DNA of 20,000 nucleotides, from the IMG/VR virus record IMGVR_UViG_3300032053_000012, one strand, 5' to 3'. The DNA comes from an uncultured virus (IMG/VR IMGVR_UViG_3300032053_000012) (lineage: Duplodnaviria; Heunggongvirae; Uroviricota; Caudoviricetes). Each line of letters starts with the position of its first letter. Within the stretch, counting starts at the first letter, position 1. Shown here piece by piece: positions 1 through 6,948 of this stretch. Below the pieces are notes generated by a model that saw only the letters and a program-made list of their open reading frames with translations, had not been told where the DNA came from and searched no databases. The position numbers and the translations under genes are program-made.

Positions 1-1
1 C

Positions 2-1810
2 GTCGGCGTCCGGGTCGACGACGTCGTCCGCCGAGCCGGTCGCGCAGCGCGGCGGCGAGGAGCAGACCTGGCCGACGCCGACCTCCTCGATGGACACGAT
101 GGGCGACGTGGTGCAGGCGATGTACGCGGGGAGCGACCCGCGGCGACCGGCGTACCAGGACGCGAACTGGCCGACGCCGACGACGCAGGACTCGGAGAAC
201 GACGGGCAGGAGTCGCAGCGGCGGCGGCGCAGCCCGCCGCTGAACGCGAGGGTGGCGATGGCGGCCGAGGAGGAGAAGGCGACGGCGCTCTGGCCGACGC
301 CGACGGTCGAGGACGCGGGGAGGTCGGGGAGCCAGGAGATGGCCGACCGGTGGGCGGCGGGCGAGCGGGTGCCGGACACCCACCAGCGACTCAGGACGGC
401 GGTGCTCGCGCTCTGGCCGACACCGAAGGCGCAGGACGCGGAGAACGCGATGCGCGGGGCGCGCGCGCAGGGCGGCCCCTCGCTCGGGGAGCAGGTACGG
501 GAGCAGACAGAGCAGGACGCGCTCTGGCCGACGCCGACGGCGAGCGACCAGAACGGCGCGGGGCACGGCCTGCGCGGCGCGGGGAAGGGACCGGCGCTGA
601 CGACGGCGGTGGCGCTCTGGCCGACGCCGGTCGCGAGCGACTGCAAGCGGGGCGAGGTCGCGACGCCGGAGAAGCCTGGGCAGACGCGGAGCCTGGGCCA
701 CGCGGTGGTCGAGGAGCGAGTCGAGGAGCAGCGAGCGCCGACGACCGCGCTCTGGCCGACGCCGGTGACGACGGACGCGAAGGGGTCGCGCCGGTCGACG
801 GCGCGGACCGACGAGTGGGAGAGCCACGAGGGGACGACGCTGCTCGACGCGGTGCTCGAGGCCGAGGGGAGGGCCGACGAGCCACGAGATGCGCGACCTG
901 CGGCGCGCCTTCGCCGCGGCACCGCGGCGACTGCCCCTGGGCCGGGCGAGGCGTCGAGCGCGTCGGCGTCGGAGCCGACGCCTACCTCGCCTGCGGCTGC
1001 TGCGGCTTCGCCGACGGCGCCCACGACGCCGGCTGCGGGGCCGGTGGTGCCGACGCAGACGAGCATGTGGGGAACGACGACGACGGCGCAGCCGAGCACG
1101 AGCGAGAGGTGGCCGACGCCGACGGCGGCGACGTACGGTTCTTCGCAGAACGGGATCAACGGGGTCCACGGGGAGAACCGGCGGCCGAGCGCGGGGACGC
1201 CGAGCCTCGAGACGCGCGCGAAGATGGAGGGCGGCGCGCTCAACCCCGACTGGGTCGAGGCGCTCATGGGGTTTCCGGCGGGGTGGACGGACGTGCCGCT
1301 GCCGCACAAGCCGAGGAGGCCGAAGAAGCCGAGGGAGCCGGCCGAGCCCGAGCCGCCGCGCGGGAAACCGAGGGCGCCGAGGAAGCCGCGCAGGCCGCGG
1401 GACCCGACGCAGACCTCGACGACCTCGACCTCGACCTCGACCTCGACGACGAGGTCGACGAGGGGGCCGACCTCCACGTGATGGGGAAGGCGGGCGTGGT
1501 CTGCGGCGTCGAGCTCGACGAGGAGGACGACCCGGTGGTCCTGACCGTCCCCTTCCTGGCCGTACCCGACGAGCCGACGCGCGCGCGCGCGATCTCCGCG
1601 TGGTGCGGCTGGCCGGCGCCGCCGGGGCAGCCGCAGCGTCCAGGCGAGCCGCCGAGGACGACGGCGCGGTTCCCGACGAACGCGCGGCAGCGGAACCGCA
1701 GAGAACGACTGCGCGTGCTCGGCAACGCGGTGGTGCCCGCGGTCGGCGAGGTCGTCGGCCGCTGGGCGATGCGCCTGCTGCGCGAGGATCTGCCGGGAGG
1801 CGGCACGTGA
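2..1810 (+). CDS. DNA (cytosine-5)-methyltransferase, alpha-type frame, 5'-truncated by the window (carries motif X)
   Basis: Read by hand, this frame is stop-free from base 2 to TGA 1808-1810 (the ORF track begins it at 350). It ends in ...RRERLRVLGNAVVPAVGEVVGRWAMRLL, the C5-MTase motif X (GNAVVP at 1721-1738). Motifs I-VIII are not in the window. Confidence 0.75.
   Translation, partial: VGVRVDDVVRRAGRAARRRGADLADADLLDGHDGRRGAGDVRGERPAATGVPGRELADADDAGLGERRAGVAAAAAQPAAEREGGDGGRGGEGDGALADADGRGRGEVGEPGDGRPVGGGRAGAGHPPATQDGGARALADTEGAGRGERDARGARAGRPLARGAGTGADRAGRALADADGERPERRGARPARRGEGTGADDGGGALADAGRERLQAGRGRDAGEAWADAEPGPRGGRGASRGAASADDRALADAGDDGREGVAPVDGADRRVGEPRGDDAARRGARGRGEGRRATRCATCGAPSPRHRGDCPWAGRGVERVGVGADAYLACGCCGFADGAHDAGCGAGGADADEHVGNDDDGAAEHEREVADADGGDVRFFAERDQRGPRGEPAAERGDAEPRDAREDGGRRAQPRLGRGAHGVSGGVDGRAAAAQAEEAEEAEGAGRARAAARETEGAEEAAQAAGPDADLDDLDLDLDLDDEVDEGADLHVMGKAGVVCGVELDEEDDPVVLTVPFLAVPDEPTRARAISAWCGWPAPPGQPQRPGEPPRTTARFPTNARQRNRRERLRVLGNAVVPAVGEVVGRWAMRLLREDLPGGGT
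3..1481 (+). CDS. Nested alternative-frame MTase beta-type polypeptide with 8 WPTP repeats and motif IX, 5'-truncated by the window
   Basis: Stop-free from base 3 to TGA 1479-1481. WPTP at 69, 168, 291, 414, 525, 618, 753 and 1110; LNPDWVEALMGFPAGWT (1239-1289) resembles C5-MTase motif IX (LTPRE.ARLQGFP..F/W). Confidence 0.78.
   Translation, partial: SASGSTTSSAEPVAQRGGEEQTWPTPTSSMDTMGDVVQAMYAGSDPRRPAYQDANWPTPTTQDSENDGQESQRRRRSPPLNARVAMAAEEEKATALWPTPTVEDAGRSGSQEMADRWAAGERVPDTHQRLRTAVLALWPTPKAQDAENAMRGARAQGGPSLGEQVREQTEQDALWPTPTASDQNGAGHGLRGAGKGPALTTAVALWPTPVASDCKRGEVATPEKPGQTRSLGHAVVEERVEEQRAPTTALWPTPVTTDAKGSRRSTARTDEWESHEGTTLLDAVLEAEGRADEPRDARPAARLRRGTAATAPGPGEASSASASEPTPTSPAAAAASPTAPTTPAAGPVVPTQTSMWGTTTTAQPSTSERWPTPTAATYGSSQNGINGVHGENRRPSAGTPSLETRAKMEGGALNPDWVEALMGFPAGWTDVPLPHKPRRPKKPREPAEPEPPRGKPRAPRKPRRPRDPTQTSTTSTSTSTSTTRSTRGPTST
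69..1121 (+). repeat. Eight dispersed TGGCCGAC(G/A)CCG repeat heads encoding WPTP modules
   Basis: TGGCCGACRCCG at 69, 168, 291, 414, 525, 618, 753 and 1110, five of them preceded by GCGCTC; spacing 93-135 nt for the first seven, always a multiple of 3. Confidence 0.9.
1412..1447 (+). repeat. GACCTC hexamer tandem repeat
   Basis: Four perfect tandem copies at 1421-1444 plus one at 1412-1417; reads DLDDLDLDLDLD in one frame and TSTTSTSTSTST in the other. Confidence 0.9.
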
Positions 1811-2292
1811 GCGCGACGAACGACCGCGACCGAGACGACCGCGACGCTCGCGAGGGCGGCGGCACGGGGTCCGTCGCGCTCGACCGGCTCCTCGTCGAGG
1901 CGACCGACGCGGTGCTGACGGCCGAGCGCGCGGACCGCGCGGCTTCCATCGGTCAGCCTGTAGTCGTGCTTCTGCTTCGGACCGAGCGCGACGCCGTGGG
2001 CGTGCCGGGGATCCGCCACCCGACGCTGCACCGCGGGCGCGCGCTCGCCGGGTGCGTGGTCGACGCGTGGCTGCGGGTCGCGGCGGCGGAGGCGGCGATC
2101 CTCGCGTTCCTCTCGTCGCCGTCGTCAGAGGCGCGCGCGGTGACCGACCCGGCGAACCTCGTCGAGGTGCTGCGCCTGGTCTCGTCGCGCGGCGTCGACC
2201 ACGCGGTTCGCAGGGTCCGGGACGCGGTCGACGCTGAGCGGGCGGCGACCGACGCGGAGCGGGCGTGGGAGGCGTCGCCCCATGCCTGCTAG
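1807..2292 (+). CDS. Hypothetical protein
   Basis: GTG 1807 overlaps the MTase stop (GTGA), GGAGG upstream; protein-like 3' part of track ORF 889..2292. Confidence 0.65.
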   Translation: MSATNDRDRDDRDAREGGGTGSVALDRLLVEATDAVLTAERADRAASIGQPVVVLLLRTERDAVGVPGIRHPTLHRGRALAGCVVDAWLRVAAAEAAILAFLSSPSSEARAVTDPANLVEVLRLVSSRGVDHAVRRVRDAVDAERAATDAERAWEASPHAC

Positions 2293-2641
2293 CAAGCTCC
2301 GCGTGATCTGGAGCCACAAGATCATCCTCGGCGGCCCGGCGCACCTCGAGCAGTCGGCGCGCGCGCGGCTCGCGCGGGTGCTCTACGAGGGCGTCGCGGA
2401 GGGCTACGAGGGGGAAGGGTGGGACGGGCTGTCGGAGTGCTACTACCTCGACGACTCGGGGCGCGCGGCGCACTACGCCGACGAGATCGCGGCGGAGGTG
2501 CCCTACCAGGTGCGGGGGCGACGGATCGTGGTGCGCGTGGTCGAGCTCGACGTGACGTACAAGAACCCGCCGGGGCCGATGAAGTGGTGGGCGCGGATCC
2601 GCGACGGCGTGCAGACGGTCGAGGCGGGGGACGAGGTCTGA
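2282..2641 (+). CDS. Hypothetical protein
   Basis: ATG with GGAGG upstream, 11-nt overlap with the previous gene, globular composition (119 aa). Confidence 0.75.
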   Translation: MPASKLRVIWSHKIILGGPAHLEQSARARLARVLYEGVAEGYEGEGWDGLSECYYLDDSGRAAHYADEIAAEVPYQVRGRRIVVRVVELDVTYKNPPGPMKWWARIRDGVQTVEAGDEV

Positions 2642-2642
2642 C

Positions 2643-2936
2643 GTGAAAGGGAAGAGGAAGCGCATGACGAGCAAGGCGAGCGACGAGCAACGACCACCGA
2701 CTTCCTGCCGGATCTGCAGCGAGGTGTGCAGTTCCGAGCCGCACTACACGGGCCTGTGCAAGCGGTGCGGCAGCAAGCGGGAGGAGTACGCGAAGGTGCT
2801 GCTGTCGGCCGTCGCGCTGGGCGAACTGCGGGCGGCCAGTGGACCGGCGACGTGGACCGAGCGCGTGCGGCAGAGGCTCGACGACGTGTTCGCGCTCGCC
2901 GACGAGGCCGTGCGCCGCGACGAGAGGGCGGACTGA
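2643..2936 (+). CDS. Hypothetical protein with putative Zn-binding CxxC...CxxC
   Basis: GAGG upstream of GTG; CRIC...GLCKRC motif; fills the gap between neighbours exactly. Confidence 0.7.
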   Translation: MKGKRKRMTSKASDEQRPPTSCRICSEVCSSEPHYTGLCKRCGSKREEYAKVLLSAVALGELRAASGPATWTERVRQRLDDVFALADEAVRRDERAD

Positions 2937-2937
2937 G

Positions 2938-4149
2938 ATGACGACCGACGCCTACGATGCCGCGATCGACGCACTGCTAACGACGAAGAATGGCGTCCTC
3001 GATCTCGTGCGCGATTTCGTGCGCATGAACCCGTCCCTCGTCCCAGACGTCGCCCACGACGACGCCACGCACGCGCTCGACGTTCTTCTGAGGATGGCGC
3101 GCGACGCCGGCTTCAAGGCAGCGACGGAACAGACCAAGGGGAAGGGCATCCTCGAACTGCTGCGCGAGGCGGGCGACGACGCGGTCCTCATAACGAGGCA
3201 GAAGATGAAGGAGGAGATCGACGCCGAGGTCGCGGCGGCCTACCAAGCCGCGGCGGCCGTCTGCTACTTGGAGTCCGGCGGCGACGCCGCCCTCGTAGAC
3301 CTGGGCCTGCACGTACACCTCACGAGAGCCGCGCGGTCGCTGGGCGACCGGATCCTCGCGCTGACCCCGGCGTCTGCGCGGGCGGCGCTCCACGCGCGGC
3401 TCGAGGACGCGAGGGACCGCGCCGTCGGCGACGCGCGGGCGGCGTTCGACGCGGTGAGGGCGACCATCCGGGCGGAAGCCCGCGAGGAGGGTCGGGTCGA
3501 GGAGTCGCACACGCTCGACAAGCACCACGCGTACGTGGACAGGATCAAGGCGGAAGCGAGAGCGGAGGGGGCGGCCGAGGCCGAGCGTGGGATCCGTGCC
3601 GCGCTCGTCGACTGGTGCGACGACGACGAAGACGTCTTCGACGCGATCGATCACGTGAGCGAGGCGGCAGACGCGGGCGACGAGGCGGTCGCGAAGCTCG
3701 CCAGGACGACCGCGCCGTTCCGCGGGTCGACGACCGAGTTCCTGCGCCGCGAGCTCGGGGCGGAGGCGTTCGACGCGCTGTGGGGGCCGCACCTCGAGCG
3801 CGTGGGCGACGCGATCGACCTGCTGCGCGCGCGGGCGCACGCGGACGGGTTCGAGGAGGCGAGGCGTGCCGCGCGGAGGGAGTCGTGCGACCGCGCGCGG
3901 GGAGGGGCGCCGCCCATGCCGTCGCTGCCGGGGGTCGCCCCGCGGTGGGTCGTGCGCGGGCTGTTCCGGTGCGCTGAGTCGAGGGAGCAGGACGAGGGCG
4001 CGGCCGGCGGCTCCGGCCTGTGGGACGACGAGTCGCGCCGCGCGGTCGAGTGGATGCGCGCGAACGTCGCCGACCACGCGGGGAACATGCCCGCGTCCGA
4101 CGCGCCAGGCACGCCAGCCGAGCCAGCCGAGAAGGAGCCGTCGCGATGA
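2938..4149 (+). CDS. Hypothetical alpha-helical phage protein
   Basis: ATG 2938 lies 1 nt after the previous stop, GAGGG upstream; Ala/Glu/Arg-rich with recurring A-R-x-(E/D)-G motifs. Confidence 0.75.
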   Translation: MTTDAYDAAIDALLTTKNGVLDLVRDFVRMNPSLVPDVAHDDATHALDVLLRMARDAGFKAATEQTKGKGILELLREAGDDAVLITRQKMKEEIDAEVAAAYQAAAAVCYLESGGDAALVDLGLHVHLTRAARSLGDRILALTPASARAALHARLEDARDRAVGDARAAFDAVRATIRAEAREEGRVEESHTLDKHHAYVDRIKAEARAEGAAEAERGIRAALVDWCDDDEDVFDAIDHVSEAADAGDEAVAKLARTTAPFRGSTTEFLRRELGAEAFDALWGPHLERVGDAIDLLRARAHADGFEEARRAARRESCDRARGGAPPMPSLPGVAPRWVVRGLFRCAESREQDEGAAGGSGLWDDESRRAVEWMRANVADHAGNMPASDAPGTPAEPAEKEPSR

Positions 4150-4661
4150 CGACCACGACGACTGAGACCACGACCACGACCGCGACGAGGTCGACGAGCC
4201 CGTCGACGGAGCACCCGTCGTTCCCGCACGCGTTCAAGTCGCGCTACTACGTCGAGCGGGGCGACGGCTGGGACGCGACGGTGAAGGTCGACTACGACGG
4301 GCGGAATCCGCTCTCGATCCGGAAGATCATGTCAGCGAAAAAGATGATCGATCGACTGAGGCTTGTCGCCACGCGAGCTGAAGTCTCGCGAACGAAGAAA
4401 GGCCATCACCTACGCGTGTGGCTCCGTTCGCCTCATGGGCGACCTGTCCCGGCACGTACGATCCTGCGTCTTCAAGCCGTCTTCGGCGATGATCCAATGC
4501 GACAGAAGTTCAACACAGCTCGCGTGCGTCGTGATGAGCCAGGTTGGAACGTGCTATTTACATGCAAATACAGAAATGGCATCCTGCTCTACCGTGAAGA
4601 AGCAGACGCTGAGAAGACGATCGAGGTCTGTAAGACTCTCAACTTATGCAAGGTGGACTAG
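4146..4661 (+). CDS. Small AEP/primase-polymerase-like protein (putative)
   Basis: ATGA overlap, AAGGAG upstream; VKVDYD (hDhD), SRTKKGHHLRV (T/SxxGxH) and downstream FGDDPMR match the order of AEP motifs I-III. Confidence 0.55.
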   Translation: MTTTTTETTTTTATRSTSPSTEHPSFPHAFKSRYYVERGDGWDATVKVDYDGRNPLSIRKIMSAKKMIDRLRLVATRAEVSRTKKGHHLRVWLRSPHGRPVPARTILRLQAVFGDDPMRQKFNTARVRRDEPGWNVLFTCKYRNGILLYREEADAEKTIEVCKTLNLCKVD

Positions 4662-5157
4662 ACCACTCATCGACCGAAGGGGATGGCGAAGGAAACCGGC
4701 AGTTGAAAGGTTCAACGCGAAGGTAGACCGCAGCAAAGGTCGGGAAGCGTGTTGGCCGTGGCTCGGGTTCAGATCACGTAAGGGGTACGGTAGTTTTGGA
4801 GTCGATGGAAAACTGTGGATTGCCTCACGCGTGGCTTGGATCCTCGCGCACAAGCGAGACATTCCAAAAGGAAAACAGGTTCTTCACAAGTGCGACAATC
4901 CGCCGTGCATGAATCCTGCGCATATCTATCTCGGGACACCGAAGGACAACATGGACGACAAGAAAAGGCGCGGCCGAGATAACCGACCGAATGGTGAGGA
5001 CTTCAAGAGTGCGAAACTCACCGAACGACTCGTCGTTGACGTACGAAAGAGATTTGCCGCAGGCGAGAGCATGCGGAGTCTCGCTCGAGAGATCGGATGC
5101 AGTCATACGACGATCAAGGGCGCGATCAGGCGAGTAACATGGAAACACGTATCGTGA
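4576..5157 (+). CDS. HNH endonuclease (HNH_3-like) with C-terminal HTH; start uncertain
   Basis: ERFNAKVD...CWPWLG...GYGSF...VLHKCDNPPCMNPAHIYLGTPKDNMDD followed by AKLTE...SMRSLAREIGCSHTTI. The nearest in-frame starts (ATG 4576, GTG 4594) lie inside the upstream gene. Confidence 0.9.
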   Translation: MASCSTVKKQTLRRRSRSVRLSTYARWTRPLIDRRGWRRKPAVERFNAKVDRSKGREACWPWLGFRSRKGYGSFGVDGKLWIASRVAWILAHKRDIPKGKQVLHKCDNPPCMNPAHIYLGTPKDNMDDKKRRGRDNRPNGEDFKSAKLTERLVVDVRKRFAAGESMRSLAREIGCSHTTIKGAIRRVTWKHVS

Positions 5158-5984
5158 CCGCAGGGCACGAGGAGGGGGATAGGCGGCGCTCGCTCTCGCC
5201 GAACGTGACGTGTCGGATCTGTGGGACAGACGTCGGAGTCGACCCGCGCCACGCCGAGCTTGGTCACAGCTACTACTGCTCGATAAGCTGCTACGAGGGC
5301 GGGACGGACGCGATCGCCGGCACGCGGTCGACGATCGGCGTGCGGTCGATGGTCACCGCGGCGATCCCCGCACTGATGGCGGCCACGCCGGAGATGCTGG
5401 CGATCCACGGGAGCGAGGAGCGGGTCGCTGCGATCCGCCGCGGCGACCCCGAGGCGATCCGGGCGTGGACGGAGGACGTCGACGTCTGCCACTCCGAGCT
5501 CGGGCGCGCGGCGCTGCGCGGGCTGATCGCCGTCATCGACGAGCAGGAAATGGTCACCGGAAGATACGCGCTCGACCGCGCCGAGGCGAGGGCGCGATCA
5601 CGCGACCGTCGACAGGCCGAGGTCGCGGCGTGGGTCGAGCGCGTGTTCGGCGCCGAGTCGCTGGCGACGGAGGAGCGCGCGCTTCGCTTCGTCGAGGAGG
5701 CAGTCGAGCTCGCGCAGGCGACCGGGCTGCCGGCGCAGAGGGTGCGCGCGGTCGCCGAGCACGTCTACGCGCGGCCCGCGGGGGAGGTCGCGCGGGAGGT
5801 CGGCGGGGTCGGCGTGACGCTGGTCGCCCTGTGCGCGGTCCTGGGCGTCTCGGCGGAGGACGAGGAGGCTGCGGAGGTCGCGCGCGTGTTCGCGGTCGAC
5901 CCGGAGCACATGCGCGAGCGACACGAGCGGAAGGTCGCGGTCGGGATCGCGGTCGCGGCGCGGCGCGGCGGTGGTGGAACGTGA
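5154..5984 (+). CDS. MazG-like nucleotide pyrophosphohydrolase domain protein with N-terminal Cys motif
   Basis: GTGA overlap; C-terminal VAAWVERVFG...EERALRFVEEAVELAQA...REVGGVGVTLVALC fits the EExxE...E all-alpha NTP-PPase pattern; N-terminal CRIC...YYCSISC. Confidence 0.65.
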   Translation: MTAGHEEGDRRRSLSPNVTCRICGTDVGVDPRHAELGHSYYCSISCYEGGTDAIAGTRSTIGVRSMVTAAIPALMAATPEMLAIHGSEERVAAIRRGDPEAIRAWTEDVDVCHSELGRAALRGLIAVIDEQEMVTGRYALDRAEARARSRDRRQAEVAAWVERVFGAESLATEERALRFVEEAVELAQATGLPAQRVRAVAEHVYARPAGEVAREVGGVGVTLVALCAVLGVSAEDEEAAEVARVFAVDPEHMRERHERKVAVGIAVAARRGGGGT

Positions 5985-6724
5985 GCGACATCGACCCGCT
6001 GCATGGATGGCAACGACCAGACGAGTCGAGCGAGTCCGACGCGCTGCGGGCGTGGCGGTGGCTGCGACCGAGGCTCGACGACGCGTGCGCGCGCGCGGTC
6101 TGCCTCGGTCCGTCGGCCGTCGTGGAGATCGCCGCGGTCGAGGCCGCGCTCGAGCGCGAGTCCGCGACGCGTACCGGCCTGCTCGCGGTGCTCTACCGGC
6201 ACACCGGGTCCGACGTGCCGGAGCAGGACACGCTCGTGGAAAAGATCGACGCGGTGATGGTCGAGCGCGCGGCGAAGCTCTACGCGGCGGAGGGCGGCAA
6301 GCTGATGGTAGAGGCCCAGCGCGACGAGGCGTGGCGCGGCCTCGCCGAGACGAAGGCTCGCCTCAACGACATGCACCGCCGCGCCCAGCTCGCCGAGTCG
6401 GTCGCCCAGCCGCTGATCGACGGGCGACCGCAGGGACCGGCCGGTCGATCGCTGGGCCGCGCCCTCGCGAACCTCGGGGCCGCGCAGCAGCGGGATCGGG
6501 CCGACGCTGCGTGCGTCGAGGTCGCGCGGCTGCGCGCGGCGCTCGCCGACGCGGTCGAGGGCATGGAGGAGATGCGCGGCTCTAGGGCACATGGTCGCGT
6601 CTCGGAAGCGCACGTGCCGTCCTTCTTCGCGCAGAAGTGGGACCACGCCGGCTACGTCGAGCGCGCGCGCGCCGCGCTCCGCGAGGTCGACGAGACGGAC
6701 GAAACGGAGGAAGAGAAGCCATGA
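5981..6724 (+). CDS. Hypothetical coiled-coil phage protein
   Basis: GTGA overlap upstream and ATGA downstream; protein-like 3' half of track ORF 5210..6724. Confidence 0.7.
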   Translation: MSDIDPLHGWQRPDESSESDALRAWRWLRPRLDDACARAVCLGPSAVVEIAAVEAALERESATRTGLLAVLYRHTGSDVPEQDTLVEKIDAVMVERAAKLYAAEGGKLMVEAQRDEAWRGLAETKARLNDMHRRAQLAESVAQPLIDGRPQGPAGRSLGRALANLGAAQQRDRADAACVEVARLRAALADAVEGMEEMRGSRAHGRVSEAHVPSFFAQKWDHAGYVERARAALREVDETDETEEEKP

Positions 6725-6948
6725 ACAGAGACGGCGACGACGGGCGAGGGTGGCGCGAGTACCTGCACGTCCGACCGGCGAAGGAGGCGCGCTGCGAGGT
6801 GCACGACTGGCCGACGGCGGGCATGCCGCGGCGGCTGGTCGAGGCGATGCGCGCGCGCCACTGGAGCGGCGGGATCGACGTCTGCGGCGACTGCGTCGAG
6901 CGCGCGAAGAACGAGGCCGACCGCGAGCGCCAGGCGGTGACGCCGTGA
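6721..6948 (+). CDS. Small hypothetical protein, putative Zn-binding (CxxH...CxxC)
   Basis: ATGA overlap, GGAGG/GAGAAG upstream; CEVH...CGDC. Confidence 0.7.
   Translation: MNRDGDDGRGWREYLHVRPAKEARCEVHDWPTAGMPRRLVEAMRARHWSGGIDVCGDCVERAKNEADRERQAVTP

Noticed and set aside
69..1121. Repeat-spacer-like pattern as a CRISPR array
   Set aside because: Repeats are only 12-18 nt, spacing is 93-357 nt and always 3n, they encode a peptide motif, and no cas genes are present.
1361..1368. GGGAAAC as a -1 ribosomal frameshift site joining the motif IX frame to the motif X frame
   Set aside because: In the WPTP frame it reads C GGG AAA CCG, not the required G GGA AAC phase; the motif X frame is open from base 2 anyway.
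889..1806. Third open frame (5' part of track ORF 889..2292) as triple coding
   Set aside because: Poly-Arg shadow translation expected in GC-rich DNA; the credible gene starts at the coupled GTG 1807.
2977..4237. Long minus-strand ORFs here and elsewhere (for example 5765..7090, 8864..9970, 19021..19959)
   Set aside because: Arg/Pro/Ala-rich shadow ORFs of high-GC + strand genes with no motifs; the + strand is already tiled by coupled genes.
4363..4575. HNH N-terminal extension from TTG 4363
   Set aside because: It would overlap the AEP-like catalytic region by about 300 nt and shows no protein-like features.
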